Notes under the pieces: model-generated
What the model was told of the DNA's origin: nothing
Database searches by the model: none
Seen by the model: the letters and a program-made list of their open reading frames with translations, nothing else
Assembly (NCBI RefSeq): GCF_006345805.1
Contig: NC_042998.1
Span: forward strand, 127,410,001-127,474,000
DNA length: 64,000 nucleotides
Reading direction: 5' to 3'
Source: Octopus sinensis
Lineage: Eukaryota
Shown here: piece by piece, positions 1 to 14,433 of the stretch
Layout: the number at the start of each line of letters is the position of its first letter
Position numbering within the stretch: the stretch's first letter is position 1
Translations under genes and position numbers: made by a program

Positions 1-120
1 ATTATATATATATAATTATTATACAACTTATACAACTTATATACAACTTATTATATATATATATATATACAACTTATACAACTTATATATACAACTTATT
101 ATATATATATATATATATAT

Positions 121-285
121 ACGACGGTCCTCTTCCAGTTTCCACCCACCGAATCCACTCACAAGGGTTTGGTCGACCCGAGGCTATAGTAGACGACACA
201 TGACCAAACTGTCATGCAGTGGGACTGAACCCGGGTCCATGTAGTTGGTAAGCAAGGTACTTACCACCACACAGCGACTCCTGCG

Positions 286-288
<3 letters not shown>
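121..288 (-). mobile_element. tRNA-derived SINE family A, 5' head
   Basis: Minus strand begins GGCGCAGGAGTCGCTGTGTGG, has a B-box-like GGTTCAGTCCC and ends GGAAACTGGAAGAGGACCGTCGT before (TA)n. Homologous copies at 33743, 42573 and 47513. Confidence 0.8.
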
Positions 289-325
<37 letters not shown>

Positions 326-454
326 TAAAAAGAATTCCAACCTTGTCTGATTTTCACGTTTTATTTACAATCTTATAATGATATATTATAAGATAATATA
401 TTATAATTGAATAAAATAAAATGAAATAGTAGAATGTTAAATATTCATTCTGAT

Positions 455-499
455 TGAACTAGTACTTTCATGCATTGAATTCTGCAATCTTCGGGTTCA
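455..499 (-). ncRNA. Minimal type-I hammerhead ribozyme motif (U4C core variant)
   Basis: Minus strand TGAAC-CCGAAGA-TTGCA-gaattcaa-TGCAT-GAAA-GTAC-TA^GTTCA: 5-bp stem I, stem II, palindromic AGTACT in place of stem III. Lies in a ~220-bp non-microsatellite island (321-540) between (TA)n and (GATA)n. Confidence 0.7.
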
Positions 500-544
500 T
501 GTAGTAGTGTTGACAGTCATGCTTCACAATTTTTGACTGTGTAT

Positions 545-587
<43 letters not shown>

Positions 588-714
588 TATGTGTGTGTGT
601 GTGTGTGAGTGTGTGTGTATAAGTATGTACATATATGTATGTGTATATGCATACTATTATATGATTGAACGCCACGCATCCATTTCCAAGTAAGTTCTAT
701 AGATGTGTGTGTGT

Positions 715-1437
715 ATTGTTGTGTCTGAGGTGAGTCATTATCTTTTAGTGCCTTATTATTTAACACACCGGTTTAGTTTACACTCATTTACTTATTTATT
801 TTTTCTAAAATTTTCACTGCATCTTGCAACCTTTTCAATAGTCGTTGACTCCCGTCCGTTATCTGAGCTGCTTGGTTTTTTGTTTGTCTGTGCGCATGTG
901 TGTGGGTCAGTATGTGTGCGCATTCACATATGTATGTATTATGTATATGTGTGTGTGTGTATGCATATATATATGTATGTATGTGCGTTTGTATTATTTA
1001 TTCTGCAAATTCACGTTTGTATGTTCGCGTTTGTGTGTTTGTATGTGTGTGTGTTTGCATGTGTGTGTACCTCTGTCTCCTTAGGTGTGCATGTCTGAGT
1101 GTGTTTCTGTATGGGTTTTTGTGACTATGTACTGCATCTGTTATGTATGGATATGTGTCTCCATATGTGAAGCGTGTGTGTGTATATATGGTCACGTGTC
1201 TCAGTCTTCATTTTCGTATGCATATTTGTATGTGTGGTTGACAGTTCATATTACCTATATACCTGTCTCTCCGTATGTATACCTGCTTACATTCATATCC
1301 ATTTACCTACATACATATACATATACGTATATATATCCGTATATATATGCATACATATATACATATACACACACACATACTTACATCTACATACCAGCTC
1401 ACTAACTATTCTACCTGAATGTGTATATGAACTGTGG
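715..1437 (-). repeat. Inverted pseudo-LTR of a Penelope-like element (left arm)
   Basis: Diverged reverse complement of 2103-2684, e.g. 715-930 vs 2461-2680 and 1385-1437 vs 2123-2178. Confidence 0.8.
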
Positions 1438-2102
1438 TATTCTCCGGAGTTCTACAGGATGCTAGAAAGACGTTAGATAACATTATATATAATGAAACCA
1501 GTGGCACCTGCCCTAGATATAGTAGTAAAGACTGGAATAGAATACAAAGATTTTGTGACAACGTAAACCGGATGAAAACGTGGTACAAGACCAACAAATA
1601 TCAAGAAGTTGTAGACCATGGAGAACTAGCCCGTAAATTTAGGAAAACTCTGAAGGAGACCAAACTCGACATTAAGATCGTTGAAAAGCCAGGCAGCTCC
1701 ATCATATCACAACTATGTAGGAGGTACCCCTTTGAGAATGCCATATGCAGCAATGATAACAGCATGGTATGTAGGATTAAACCTGGCATTAACTGTAGAA
1801 CTAGAAATGTAATCTGCAGCATGAGGTGCATAGAAGGTACTTGTAAAGACAAGAACATGATATACATAGGTGAAACATCTAGGAGCATTGCGGAAAGACT
1901 AAATGGTCATTTGAGCCATTATAACGACAAAATACAGTCCTCCATACTCTACACGCATGCCAAAGACCAACACGGAAGTAACCTGGGTCATCTTGATATC
2001 CGTATTTTATTCAAGCTCTCGAAGGACCCAACATTCAGAAAAATACAGGAGTACGTCCTCATAAATGAAATATCCCTAGTACTAAATAGGAATTATACGT
2101 AA
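1434..2102 (+). mobile_element. Penelope-like retroelement, 5'-truncated ORF: Cys-rich linker plus C-terminal GIY-YIG endonuclease
   Basis: ORF contains CRTRNVICSMRC..C..IYIGETSRSIAERLNGH and RKIQEYVLINE..LN, the PLE GIY-YIG signature. No RT domain remains; the start is an artefact of the inversion junction. Confidence 0.85.
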
Positions 2103-2360
2103 TAGGTAGTCACACACCATTACCCACAGTTTATACATATATACAGGTAAAATAGTTAGTGGGCTATTATGTAGATCCATGTATGCGTGTGTATGCGTAT
2201 AGATATAGTACATAGGTAATATGAACAGACAATCACACATACACATACAAACAGACACACACACATAAATACGAACACATAAACACATGAATATGCAGAA
2301 TACATACATACCAATGTACACACATACATACATATATATATATGCACACCCACACATCCA

Positions 2361-2410
<50 letters not shown>

Positions 2411-2684
2411 TCCATATATATATATATATGCATACATGCATACACACACATACATGTATACATATGTGTATGCACACGTACACTGACCCACACACATGCT
2501 CACAAACACAAAAAAGAATGCACCTCGGATAACGGACAGAGTCAACGACTGTTGAAAAGGTTGCAAGACACAATAAAAATTCTAGAAAAAACTAAATAAG
2601 TAAATGAATGGAAACTAAACCGGTGAGTGTGTTAAATAATAAAGCACTAAAAGAGAATGACCCTCCCCAGACACAACAAAATAT
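2103..2684 (+). repeat. 3' pseudo-LTR/UTR of the Penelope-like element, with internal microsatellite
   Basis: Follows the GIY-YIG stop codon directly; inverted homologue of 715-1437. Confidence 0.75.
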
Positions 2685-2744
2685 GCTTCAACACACGAAC
2701 TTACATAAAGTAAGATGATATATATATATATATATATATATATC

Positions 2745-3700
2745 ATTACAATTATGATTAAGGGTACCAGAGAGTACCAGTGTTGCTAGAAGTAAGAGTC
2801 GAAAAATACTCAAATAAGCCACACTGTAATAAGCTGATGAAATCGAGGAGCGAGTAAAAAGCCAGCTTACAATTGCGGAGAAAAGACGCAAATGAATTTG
2901 CAGATATACCCATGTCACGTGATTTCGAATCTCAAGATAATACTCTTAGTCTTTGCTGTCTGGGGTTAAAATAATACCCACTTCGTCATGCTTGTTAAAA
3001 TCGTTGAAAGACTAGCGCCAAATTCAAATAATAGAAGTATATAATCATACATAAATTAAGATAATATTAATGAATAATTATATAAGTGACTAGCAAACAT
3101 AAAATCCAAAAAGGGAAATTGAAAAAATTATAATTGCAATTAGTACCAACGTTGTTAGAAATAAGAGTAAAAAAAAAATACTCGAATAAGCCAAAATATC
3201 ACTGATATATATCTTTACTACCCACAAGGGGCTAAACATAGAGGGGACAAACAAGGACAGACAAAGGGATTAAGTCGAATACATCGACCCAAGTGGGTAA
3301 CTGGTACTTAATTTATCGACCCCGAAAAGATGAAAGGCAAAGTCGACCTCGGCGGAATTTGAACTCACAACGTAACGACAGACGAAATACCGCTAAGCAT
3401 TTCGCCCGGCGCGCTAACGTTTCTGCCAGCTCGCCATGTCTGCAAATATATTTGCGTCATTCCCCCGCAATGTTGGGTTGGCTTTTTACTCGCTCCTCGA
3501 TTTCGTCAGCTTGTAAAGTTTTCAGCAATATTGTGGCTTATTTGTGTAATTTTTCGGCTCTTATTTTTATCAACGCTGGTACTATCTGGAGCCCGTAATT
3601 ATAATTATTGTTATAATAATATTTATAAATTCACCTTACTGGTTTTTATGATTGCTAGCGACTTATATTATTATATATTAATAATATCTTTATGTATGTG
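2745..3700. repeat. Three related copies of an unclassified pLTR-like repeat (2745-2910 +, 3040-3205 +, 3437-3700 -)
   Basis: AAGCTGA(T/C)GAAATCGAGGAGCGAGTAAAAAGCC is shared in opposite orientations by copies 1 and 3. An AGTACCA...TAAGAG...AATAAGCCA block is shared by all three. Confidence 0.65.
3212..3436 (-). mobile_element. tRNA-derived SINE family B, near full length
   Basis: Minus strand GGCGAGCTGGCAGAAACGTTAGCGCGCCGGGCGAAATGCTTAGCGG...GTTCAAATTCCGCCGAGGTCGACTTTGCCTTTCATC; more than 10 copies in the window. Confidence 0.85.
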
Positions 3701-4188
3701 CGTATATTATTATCTCTTAATATATATATTAATATCTTTATGTATGTGCGTATATATATATGTGTGTGTGTGTCTGTGTGTCTATGTCTGTATATGTATA
3801 TGAAGGGAGAGAGAGAGAGAGAGAAAGAGAGAGAAGGGGATAGTAAGATTCTAAATATGGGCTTTTATTATAATTAATAGATTGTCAGATATTTAATAGT
3901 ATAATCAATCATTTAAAGTTGAATTTTTTTCCAAAGTTGAATTTCCGTCGTTTTCTATGTACCTCCACAAAATGCTTTTAACCTATTGCTCATTCGTGAA
4001 GATATACAATATATAAATCAAAATGTTTATGCATAAATATATATATATATATACAGAGAGAGACAGACAGACAGACATTCAGACAGACAAAGGGAGATAG
4101 ATATAAATACACATACACGTACGTATGTGTATAAATATATATATATATATGCAAATATACATGAATAGATATATACAGGTATATATAT

Positions 4189-4247
<59 letters not shown>

Positions 4248-4287
4248 GTGTGTGTGTGTGTATGTATATAAATATATATGTATATAT

Positions 4288-4322
<35 letters not shown>

Positions 4323-4409
4323 CTATCTATCTAGATAGATAGATAGATAGATAGATACAGAGATGGAGAGATATTTATTTATGTATGAATGTATAAATGT
4401 ATATAATAG

Positions 4410-4444
<35 letters not shown>

Positions 4445-4487
4445 GATAGATAAATAGATAGATGGATAGATATTTACTTACGTGGGA

Positions 4488-4519
<32 letters not shown>

Positions 4520-5049
4520 TGGTAAGTAGGTAGGTAGGTAGGTATGAAGAGACAGATAGAGGGAGAGATAAATGTGTATGTGCTTGAGTGTTTATTGCCA
4601 GTTGCATGTATAGATATAGTTTGAGCCAAAGAATGATATATTCTTTGCCTTTTCAACATGATTTATTTGTGCATTCGACGGCGATACGTCAGTATTTTGC
4701 CTTTATTGTGTATTGTGCTGCTTCATATCTATATTTTCGTTGTTGAAGTACAATTGGATAATGTATATCAAATAGTAAATTCGAGCGCATAAAGTGGATT
4801 TATTATCCTTACAGTTATCCCACTTACTGATGTAATTCTATTTATTTATGTATGCTTTATATCCAAATTTATTCCAAGCTATTTTAAGGCGTCAAATCAT
4901 TTATAATGAATCTCATATTCAAATTCATATTTGAACATCCCGGTTAACTTTGTTTATCTTCCCTTTATGTCATTATATGTAGCTACACTTAGTTCAGGCA
5001 TACAATTATAAGTACTATTATTAAATAATAGAATTAATATAATAATGAC

Positions 5050-5975
5050 ATTTGTGAAGATGTGACACTACTAACTCTGTTGTCACATTCAAACTCGATT
5101 TGTGACACACTCATTGCGCATTTAAAGCAACTTGATGTGGTAATATGTACATTATATCTCCCACTCAATGTCTTCAACCACGACGGTAAATCTGAGGAAA
5201 GCCTTGCGATCATAAAAATAAGTACCAAGAAAACTAGATCAATGCGTTAATGGGTGACTTCAACTTCCCTTACATCAGATGGCCAGAAGGCGACAGAATA
5301 TCAGGAATGACACCCAAAGAGTGTAATCAAGTAGAATCACTACTTGATCTCGTGTAAATGCCGTTCATGGAGCAAACCATACTTTCCCCAACCAGAAACG
5401 ATATCATATTAGACTTCTGCTCCACCAATATTGTGGAACGCATCCTCAATGTGACGATATCACCGACATTCTTCTTAGACCACAACATGATAGAACTGGC
5501 AATATATGGTCCAAAACGAATTAGCGATGTATTTCATGCAGATGGCACCTAAACACCATCCGGTCTGAAGTTCTACAAGGCTGACTGGGAGTCATCTGAC
5601 AAACAGATACTCCATTAAAATTGTTTAAAAATCTCATCCCTCCTCAAAGCTGCATTTTTAGAAATCGAAAATATACTCTGATTCTTCTTTGAAAAGGAAA
5701 GAGTAGAAAGAGAAATCAGGGCGGTGGAAAATTCAAAAATTAAACCTAAAACCTCTACAAGTTTGCGAAGGAATCTGCCTCAGTACACTACAAGATACGG
5801 CCACCGTGAAGAAGACGGCTCACTAACTGTAGAACTTAAGAAGATAATTGAAATGCTAAATAAAGAATTCCAAAGTGTCTTCACCTCTCCACGGGGAAAC
5901 ATGCAAATAATCAAACATGAAGAGTTTTTCAAAAATGCAACAGATCTATTAAGGAAAGAGTCAATCATCGACTAG
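5050..5975 (+). mobile_element. Degenerate CR1-like LINE ORF2 fragment (APE endonuclease and downstream linker)
   Basis: Broken frames give MGDFNFPYIRW, EQTILSPTRNDIILDF, LDHNMIEL, KADWES and EMLNKEFQSVFT; stops and frameshifts present. Confidence 0.75.
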
Positions 5976-6689
5976 GTGTTTTTATTTCCTTGCTCACAAA
6001 ACCAAACTGATATGTCACTTTGGTCTTCCATATTTAAAATAAGCAAAAACATCACAGATGAGTGACTGCTTAGCGAATGACAACATCGTTTACCATTATT
6101 CAACTCTTAAGCCGATTCCTGGTGACTATTCATAATACGGATTTTCCCATAAGTTATGTAAAGTTTTCAGATTTTATGATATTTATGATAATACAATATT
6201 TCTTCCTGGCGGTATCTAGTCATGATAGATTATGGTATGAAATCTTTCTATATATTCAATATTGTTCATCCACCAAAGTGGTTTAAAATTTGCTTTTGTA
6301 TGAGGTATTTTTGCAAAGAAGATATTTTCTTCCATCTTCAAATATTCACCTTGGAGTTAGAAGCAAACTAAGACCGCTAAGGTGAGTCAGTCAATTTCAG
6401 TTGGTCTGAAAGTAATAAACAGCGACTATATTGCAAAGTAATGAGAGATGTAAGGAGACGGGTTCATAAGCACCACATTAATCATGTCAGAGGGGGACGA
6501 GTAAGATATAAAAAAACAAATCCTGTCAAAGTATACAAACAAGCACTGCAGAGTGTGCCAGTTGCGCCAGTTATACGTATGACACATAAGGGAAGTGAGA
6601 AAGTGAATTAGAAGAATGATTGCGAACTACGAACTAAAAGGAAGACACGGAGGAACAAGTGTGCAATGGAAAATATTTTCTATCACGAC

Positions 6690-7310
6690 TGAGAACATAC
6701 TTAAGTGTTACGGTTACTGAATCATCCTTAGCCGCCTTATTTTCTCCTTACTCTCTTCCATCGCCTGATCCTTTCCCAATACCTTTGCTCTTCCACCATT
6801 TCCTTGACTACTTGTTCTCTCCTGTATCTGTACACCTCAGAGCTATACTTCCTATCACCTCAGTAATACATCAACTGCTTGTCTCCTGGCGTTCCTTATG
6901 CCCACCTCGCCAATCTATTACTATACCTCTTCTTACAATCACCTTTTTTGCCGTGACCCTGTGGTGGGGAACAATTAAAATCCATGTTTCATCTCAATTC
7001 GTTTTTATGCATACCAGCAATATTGCCTCAATATTGCTCCTGCTTGCATAATATGCTTTATGTTACCAGCCAGATACCGACCATTCGAAACGATTTTAAA
7101 GATCCGAACTGGTGACATCAAGTAAATTGTGTACACAACTTTTCGTGTAAATGCACTCCTCACGCTTGCTATCGTCGTCTGTCTTTTCGTTTAATGCTCG
7201 CACAATTTCGATCGCACTTCTAGCCGATGAACGATTCAGGCGTACCTCACTTTGGTGAAGTCGGAATCAAAGATTCTATCTCTGATCACTACTTGATGAC
7301 TACACCACGC
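6690..7310 (+). mobile_element. Possible very old PLE GIY-YIG relic
   Basis: Broken frames near 7000-7100 read TSNI..YCSC..MLYV..RPFET, echoing the NVVY..C..C..YVG.T.R motif; a CCGATGA follows at ~7224. Weak. Confidence 0.3.
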
Positions 7311-9267
7311 TTAAAGTAGCATTTTATGAAGCAATGTTTACACACAAAAATGCGCACGCACGCACACACACACTAGGCTAGAACAAAAATGTAACAAACT
7401 ACTTTAATGGTTACGATATTTTAAAAACAACATATATAACACTTTGTTTATAAAATTTTCAGCAATAGTGCAAGCAAAATAAGAACTGGTTCAGATGAAA
7501 AGATATAATGTGTACGAAAAAATGATGTTACAGCAAAGTATAAATATTTGTTTAGAAACTATATGACAGTATAATTTAATAATTAAATGTTTTACAAACC
7601 TTTGATATAGATTGTTAAAATAACTGAAAATCAATCGAGAATAAATGGAGTAACACTATTTTGTTTTCGTCATATAAAATCTGGAATTTATATTTTAAAT
7701 TCTTTCATTGGAAGCGAAAGTATATGTGTGTGGAATGGAGTTGCTCAGAATGTATGCTGAATATATTCTAGCTATGGAACAAGATACACAAATATAAAAA
7801 AGAATGTGTGGAAATTGGTACAAGCTTTTGTGTGATTATAGATCTCGTTTTTGTACTGAAATTAATACGCTTCCTCTTTAAACTGCAAAAGTTCTACAAA
7901 GTGGACCGTAAAGGATATGATCCAGTTTCTTTTTATAATTATATTATGACTGTTATTAGGAACAGCACTGAGTACTGGTTCTTTAAAATGTGCGAGTGCC
8001 GGTGAATTATTGTAGAATAACAATGACTGGTTACTGAGAATTGAGAAATGTATTCAAAAAAATATTTAGAGTAAAATTAAGATCCCGAGAGGTAATGAAG
8101 AAATATGAAAGTAAAGATGGGAACGCAATTTTAAAAATGTAATTCACGCATCCTGAACTCTACATATAATCAGGAGGTAATTGGGGTATTGTTTTCTAAG
8201 TTCAAGTGTTGTTACCATTGCCTAACCTTACATCAACACTGATTGATGAGTCAGCTGATGTGAGCTAATCCCTGAGGCTGCTTACAGAATGGCGAATATC
8301 TGTGGTCTTCTGAAACCGAAGTAATAAGAACAAATCAGACTTCGAGTGCCATATGATATCTACTGAACAACAACAGAAAAAAAAATTCCTAAATGTAATC
8401 CTAATTCATCAGAAAATTAGGGGAGTAAACCCTCAAATTATCAGTTCTTATATAAACAGTTTCAGGACTGCTGGATGAACGTACCTCAATAAAGTCCTTA
8501 TAGACAAAAGATTATGCATTGATATGTTAACTGTGAAATTGCAAATGATGCTAGTATTGATAGGAAGTGTTATTCCCGTGGACTCTTGGGCATTAAATCA
8601 TGACACATATTGAAGGTTGTGTTTTCCCAACCCATAATCAGAAAGAGATAGTATCATTTTTCTTAGCAAAAGTGATAGCGAACGAAAACGTGGATCTCGT
8701 GATGTTGTGATGGAAGAAACTACATAGAACTAACACATTTGATCTGTAGGAGATCCAAAATATCATTAAGGTACTGCATTCCAATGCAACGTAATATTAT
8801 GCGAGATGTGATCCATACGAAAGACAGCCCTCGGACAAATATAGAAAATATTTCTGATGTTAAATGTGCGTATATGTTTCAGCACAAACGTGATTACTAG
8901 AGCATTGTCATCAAACTTTTTGTCGAACGCATGCAAACAAAATGTCTGAAACCAGACACAAGAGAAAAATTAAACTGCCCAGTTGATGTGAACAATTTCC
9001 TTCAAAATCAGTGAGAGAAAATCTAGGCACTGACAACTCTTTTATAACCAATAGTTTTGTACCCATAATTATTAATGCGTCAACTGTCGAAAGTGACCAG
9101 CTAATTTTAAAATTCCTGCTGTGTGTGAAACAGTAACAATGTGCAAGTCTTTTCTATAATTCAACTTCTTGTTATCTAAATTCCCGCGATGGAACTTTTT
9201 CGTTGTTAGATTTCAGCTGATTCTTTGCAGTAGGAAATCTTTAAGCAAATCGAAAGAAAAGACTACA

Positions 9268-9318
<51 letters not shown>

Positions 9319-10145
9319 TATATACATACATACATATATATATATATTATATATATATATGTATAAGTGCGTGTCCTATTTGTGAATATATGTCGGTATA
9401 TTAGTATATGTATGTGTGTGTATATGGGCTTATGTGAGCACGTTTGTACATATATGAGGGAATGTGTGCATGCGTGTATGTATGTGTGTATATACTCATT
9501 CACACGTAACATGTGTGAATGATTGTGCCTGTATACGCGTGGACACATGTTCGTATATGGAGGAAACGTGTATATAAACATAGTTTCGGACCGGCAAAGA
9601 CTGGGAAAATACTGACAACAGCTAGCAATCTGATGTGCACAAATCCACACATATATTTTAATAGCCAAGTTACATATATACATAAATATAGAAACACGAT
9701 CGGAATAATTACATTCTTACGCACACACATAGATTCTGTTCTTCCAAGATAACATATACTGTCACAATGACCTTCAGAAGATTTATATTATTACATACAA
9801 GTGATCACATTCGTGGTCAGACATACATTCACACTGATGCATTAAAACTCTCACATGCTTAAACTGTAATAGATAAACATCTTACACACACTCATACGCA
9901 CATAGACACACGCACGCACATACACATATACATACATACATGCATACATACATACATACATACATACATACATACATACATACATACATACATACAAACG
10001 TATGCGCATGCATTCATACATGGTACATACGTTTATACATGTGTACATATATCATATATGCATATAACACATGCGAACACGTACATATCAACTGAAATAT
10101 ATACATACGCACATTCAAGCATACATATCTTCATATACACGTGTG

Positions 10146-10146
10146 T

Positions 10147-10213
<67 letters not shown>

Positions 10214-10214
10214 T

Positions 10215-10281
<67 letters not shown>

Positions 10282-10425
10282 CTATAGATAGTAAGGTAGG
10301 CAGGTAGGTAGGTAAATAGGTAGGTAGGTAGGTAGGTAGGTAGGTAGGTAGCTAGCTAGCTAAGTAGGTAGATAGATAGAGAGAGATAGATAGATATATA
10401 GATAGATAGATAGATAGATAGATAG
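10146..10425. repeat. (GATA)n/(GGTA)n microsatellite array
   Basis: Direct reading. One of dozens of TA, CA, GATA, CATA and AAT arrays in the window. Confidence 0.95.
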
Positions 10426-10840
10426 GTACGGAGATTTCAATTTACTACATACGCAGGTACATGCGTACAGACGTAAGTACATAATAGCATATATACATAC
10501 ATACATACATACATACATAGTACAATAAATTGCGTTCGTACTTATGATTACACGAAAGGATGTATACGCATCAGCTTAATTACTAACATACGCACGAAAT
10601 GCGTTTAGGAATATATAGATGTTCATTCGCGTGCAGGCGTTCGTTCCGACATACAAACACATAGGTGTGTATTCGCACGCACACACACTCTTTACGCACA
10701 TGCAGACACACGCATGTTTATATATGCTTGCTTAGTCAGACACACACCCACATTTATGCATATAATCGCACACTTAAACAAGCACACTTCAGCATTATCA
10801 GACAAGTTGAAAACGCTTGTGTTCTCTCAAAAATATATAT

Positions 10841-10954
<114 letters not shown>

Positions 10955-11589
10955 ATATATATTATATATATACATATACATAAGTATGTATATGTGTGTG
11001 TGTGTATGCTCGCAGACTACTCTTTTTCTATGAAACGGGATCACACACTTCATTTACTTGTACCTCACCATACACTAAGCATCACTATATACAAGCTTGC
11101 ACGAACATACCGGTGCTCAGACACTCAGATATAAACACGTATGAATGTATGCACAGACACATACAAATACATTCGCTCATTCTCCCCCGTCTCTCCCGCT
11201 CTCTCTCTCTCTTTCTCTCTCTCTCCTTCTCACTCTGTCTTGCTGCCTGCATCAACCAATCTTTCTATTTTCACACATGCAGAAAATCCATATTAACACA
11301 CATAAACCCGTCGATACATGCAATTTGAGACACATATTCTTACACACGTACAGACATAAGTACATCCATACGAATGTGCATTCACATGGTGTAGACTCGG
11401 AAATACACGTGTATAGACACACAGACAGACAAAGAGTACTCCTCTCTTCTTTTGCTTTTCTTTTAATCATTGTCTCTTTCTCGCTCTCCACCTTTCTCTC
11501 CTCTCTCTTCCACCTCTCTTTCCCTATATATATATATATATAATATATATATATATATAATATATATATATATATTATATATATATATA

Positions 11590-11631
<42 letters not shown>

Positions 11632-11799
11632 CTACACAGAAATACAGAATTGCTCCCACGTGCCGGATTATGTACTAGCAAACACACACACACTTAACAT
11701 AACTATTCACACGTACGCAATAACATATACAGACATAGCTATAAATAAACTCCGACATACACATTTCACACGGACACACATCGCTTACTTTTGCTAAAA

Positions 11800-11847
11800 A
11801 CTCAATCCCCTTCACAAACATCTTCGTCGACGTCGTCGTCGTCGTCG

Positions 11848-11892
<45 letters not shown>

Positions 11893-12775
11893 ACAACAAC
11901 AACAAAAGCAACACCAATGACAATAAGAAATTTAACAGCAACGAAAACAGTCGCAAGAACAGCAACAGCAACAAAACCAAGAAACACAACACAAGCAGTA
12001 GAAGGAGGAAAAAGAAGAAAAGCACCTGCAGCAACAGTAGCAGCAACAGCAACAGCAGCAGCGGGGGAAAAATCAGCAGTTGCATCGGAAGATGCACCAT
12101 CTACACAACCAGCATCATCAACAACAAGAACAACACTATCAACAATCAAGTCAACGTGGTCAACCTGCTAGAAATAACAGCCAAATTTCCTCGGTCACGT
12201 CGGGCCTTCTTAAGTAAGGTCACATCGGACAAGTAGTCTTTTAGAAGTACTTCTAAAAGAAAAAAAAAAGTAAACAGATGAGGTAGTCACAGATGGAAAG
12301 CTCTTCATTGTAATTCTACTCAATCACACGCCAACATGGGTTTAAATACCGAAAAAAACACAGCAGCAGCAACTGTAACAACATCAACAATAGCAACAAC
12401 ACTGCTCTCACAGCCATCATTTTCTGAAGAAGCAGCGGCGATAACGCCACCATCATAAGCGCAGCAGCCATCACCACCACCACCATCACTATCATCGGTA
12501 TCATCTACATTATCGTCGTCGTCGTCGTCGCCGTCGACGTCATCATCATCTTTCCTCTTGAGCATTTTCAGAAAATATGAACAGGAACAATAGCGCCACC
12601 AACAACCTTCAGCAACAAACATCCACAGCAGTAGCGGCAACAACAACAACAACAACAACAGCAACAACAACAATGATAACAACAGCAGCAGCCATAACAG
12701 AGCCACAACCCCCACCACCACCTCCACCACCACCACCACCACCACCACAAACAACAACAGCAACGAAGTCAGTGT
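11800..12775. repeat. Mixed CAG/CAA/CAT/CCA trinucleotide low-complexity region
   Basis: Degenerate triplet runs giving poly-S/T/Q/P/D ORFs on both strands. Confidence 0.8.
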
Positions 12776-13274
12776 GTGTGTGTATGTGTGTGTAAGCGAA
12801 CCAAATAAAACAGCAGCCGAATGAAATGATTCGCTCGTCTGGCTATCGATCCGAAATGCATGGGTAGGTATCTCCACATCTCCAGTTGTGCAGCCCTCTG
12901 ACACCAGCCGCGTATTTGCTGCACACTCTCACTTTAAACTCAGCAGCTCTTGCAGGCTGGCAAGCTAGCAAAACAAGGATATTTACCGTTTCAACAAACA
13001 AACAAGTCCAAAAAAAAAAAAAAAAAAAATCCTTCTAAGAGTTACTACGACGAAAACGAAAGAGATTCAAAAAAGAAAAACAAAAAAGCATTGCACACAC
13101 ACACACCTATATAGCATTAATTTTTTTCTCTCTGCATCTTCTTTCTGCCCCCTCCCCACACACCTCTCTCTCTCTCACACTTACTTCGTTCTTTTATTAC
13201 TTTTCTCTTTTTCTTCTCCCCCCCTCTCTCTCTCTCTCTCTCTCTTACACACACACATACATACACGCACACAG

Positions 13275-13427
13275 ATTTCAGTTCTAAGTAGTTTTCACAT
13301 TGTTGTTGATCAAGTTGTTATTGTTACCATTATCAAGAAAAACTACTACTACTACTACTACTACAACTATTACTACTACTACCACTAATACTACTATCGC
13401 TATTATTATCATTATTATTATTATTAT

Positions 13428-13459
<32 letters not shown>

Positions 13460-13614
13460 TTCGTATTTGTTGTTGTTGATCTTGCTTGTTGCACACCTGT
13501 CGAAGGAGATATATATATACCAAGGATCGTTAATGCACACATCATAAAAATACAAAGAAAAAATATAATAAAAGAAAAAAAGGAACAGGAAAAAAGTTAA
13601 CATAAAAATATCAG
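13275..13614 (+). other. Candidate non-coding exon
   Basis: Preceded by a long pyrimidine/CA tract ending CACAG (Inr-like TCAGTT at 13278); ends at CAG|GTAACT. Confidence 0.3.
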
Positions 13615-14336
13615 GTAACTTCACTAACGATAACAGCAACAGCATCAACATCAATAGCTATCACAACATTAACAGCGATAACGAAACGCAATACAAACAT
13701 AAAATACCGACGCAAAGTTTGCATTGTAATATTACATTATTTTTATCGGTGTCATTGAGTTTGTTGTTGTGTGGATGTAGTGGCTAGCATCATCTTCATA
13801 GACGGTTTACGCCTACCTTTACGTTGCATTGAAATTTTGTTTTTGTTCGTGTGTGTGTGTGTGTGTGAGTGTGTGTGTGTGTGAGTGTGTGCGTGTGTGC
13901 GTGCGTGTGTGTGTGTGCGTGAATGAAAATCCTGAATGTGTTTATATAGGTGTCCTTTGAAAAATTGTAATATTTCTAGATTTCTCACGTGGATTTTACA
14001 CAAACATACACACATATCCAATAACTCTCTCAAAGACGTTCACGCGTAAGCAAGCAGGCGCAAACACACACACACACGCAGACAGACAGACATACATACA
14101 CACACACGTGCGCGCGCACGCGCAGACACATATACACACGCAGACACACACACACACACGATGCGCAGACGCATTTTCTCGCAAAAACAGTAAATACAAT
14201 TATATATCCAAAAATAGAGTACGACTAATTACACATACATCCATACATACATATATATGCAAGTACATATATTCACTCATACGGACACACATAGCTACCG
14301 AGATAAATATAGGTAGATAGATAGGTAGATAGATAA

Positions 14337-14433
<97 letters not shown>

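Noticed and set aside
11675-12904. Ser/Thr/Ala/Gln/Pro-rich ORFs on both strands
   Set aside because: Short, overlapping triplet-repeat ORFs with no domain or convincing splice frame; may be UTR or promoter-proximal DNA.
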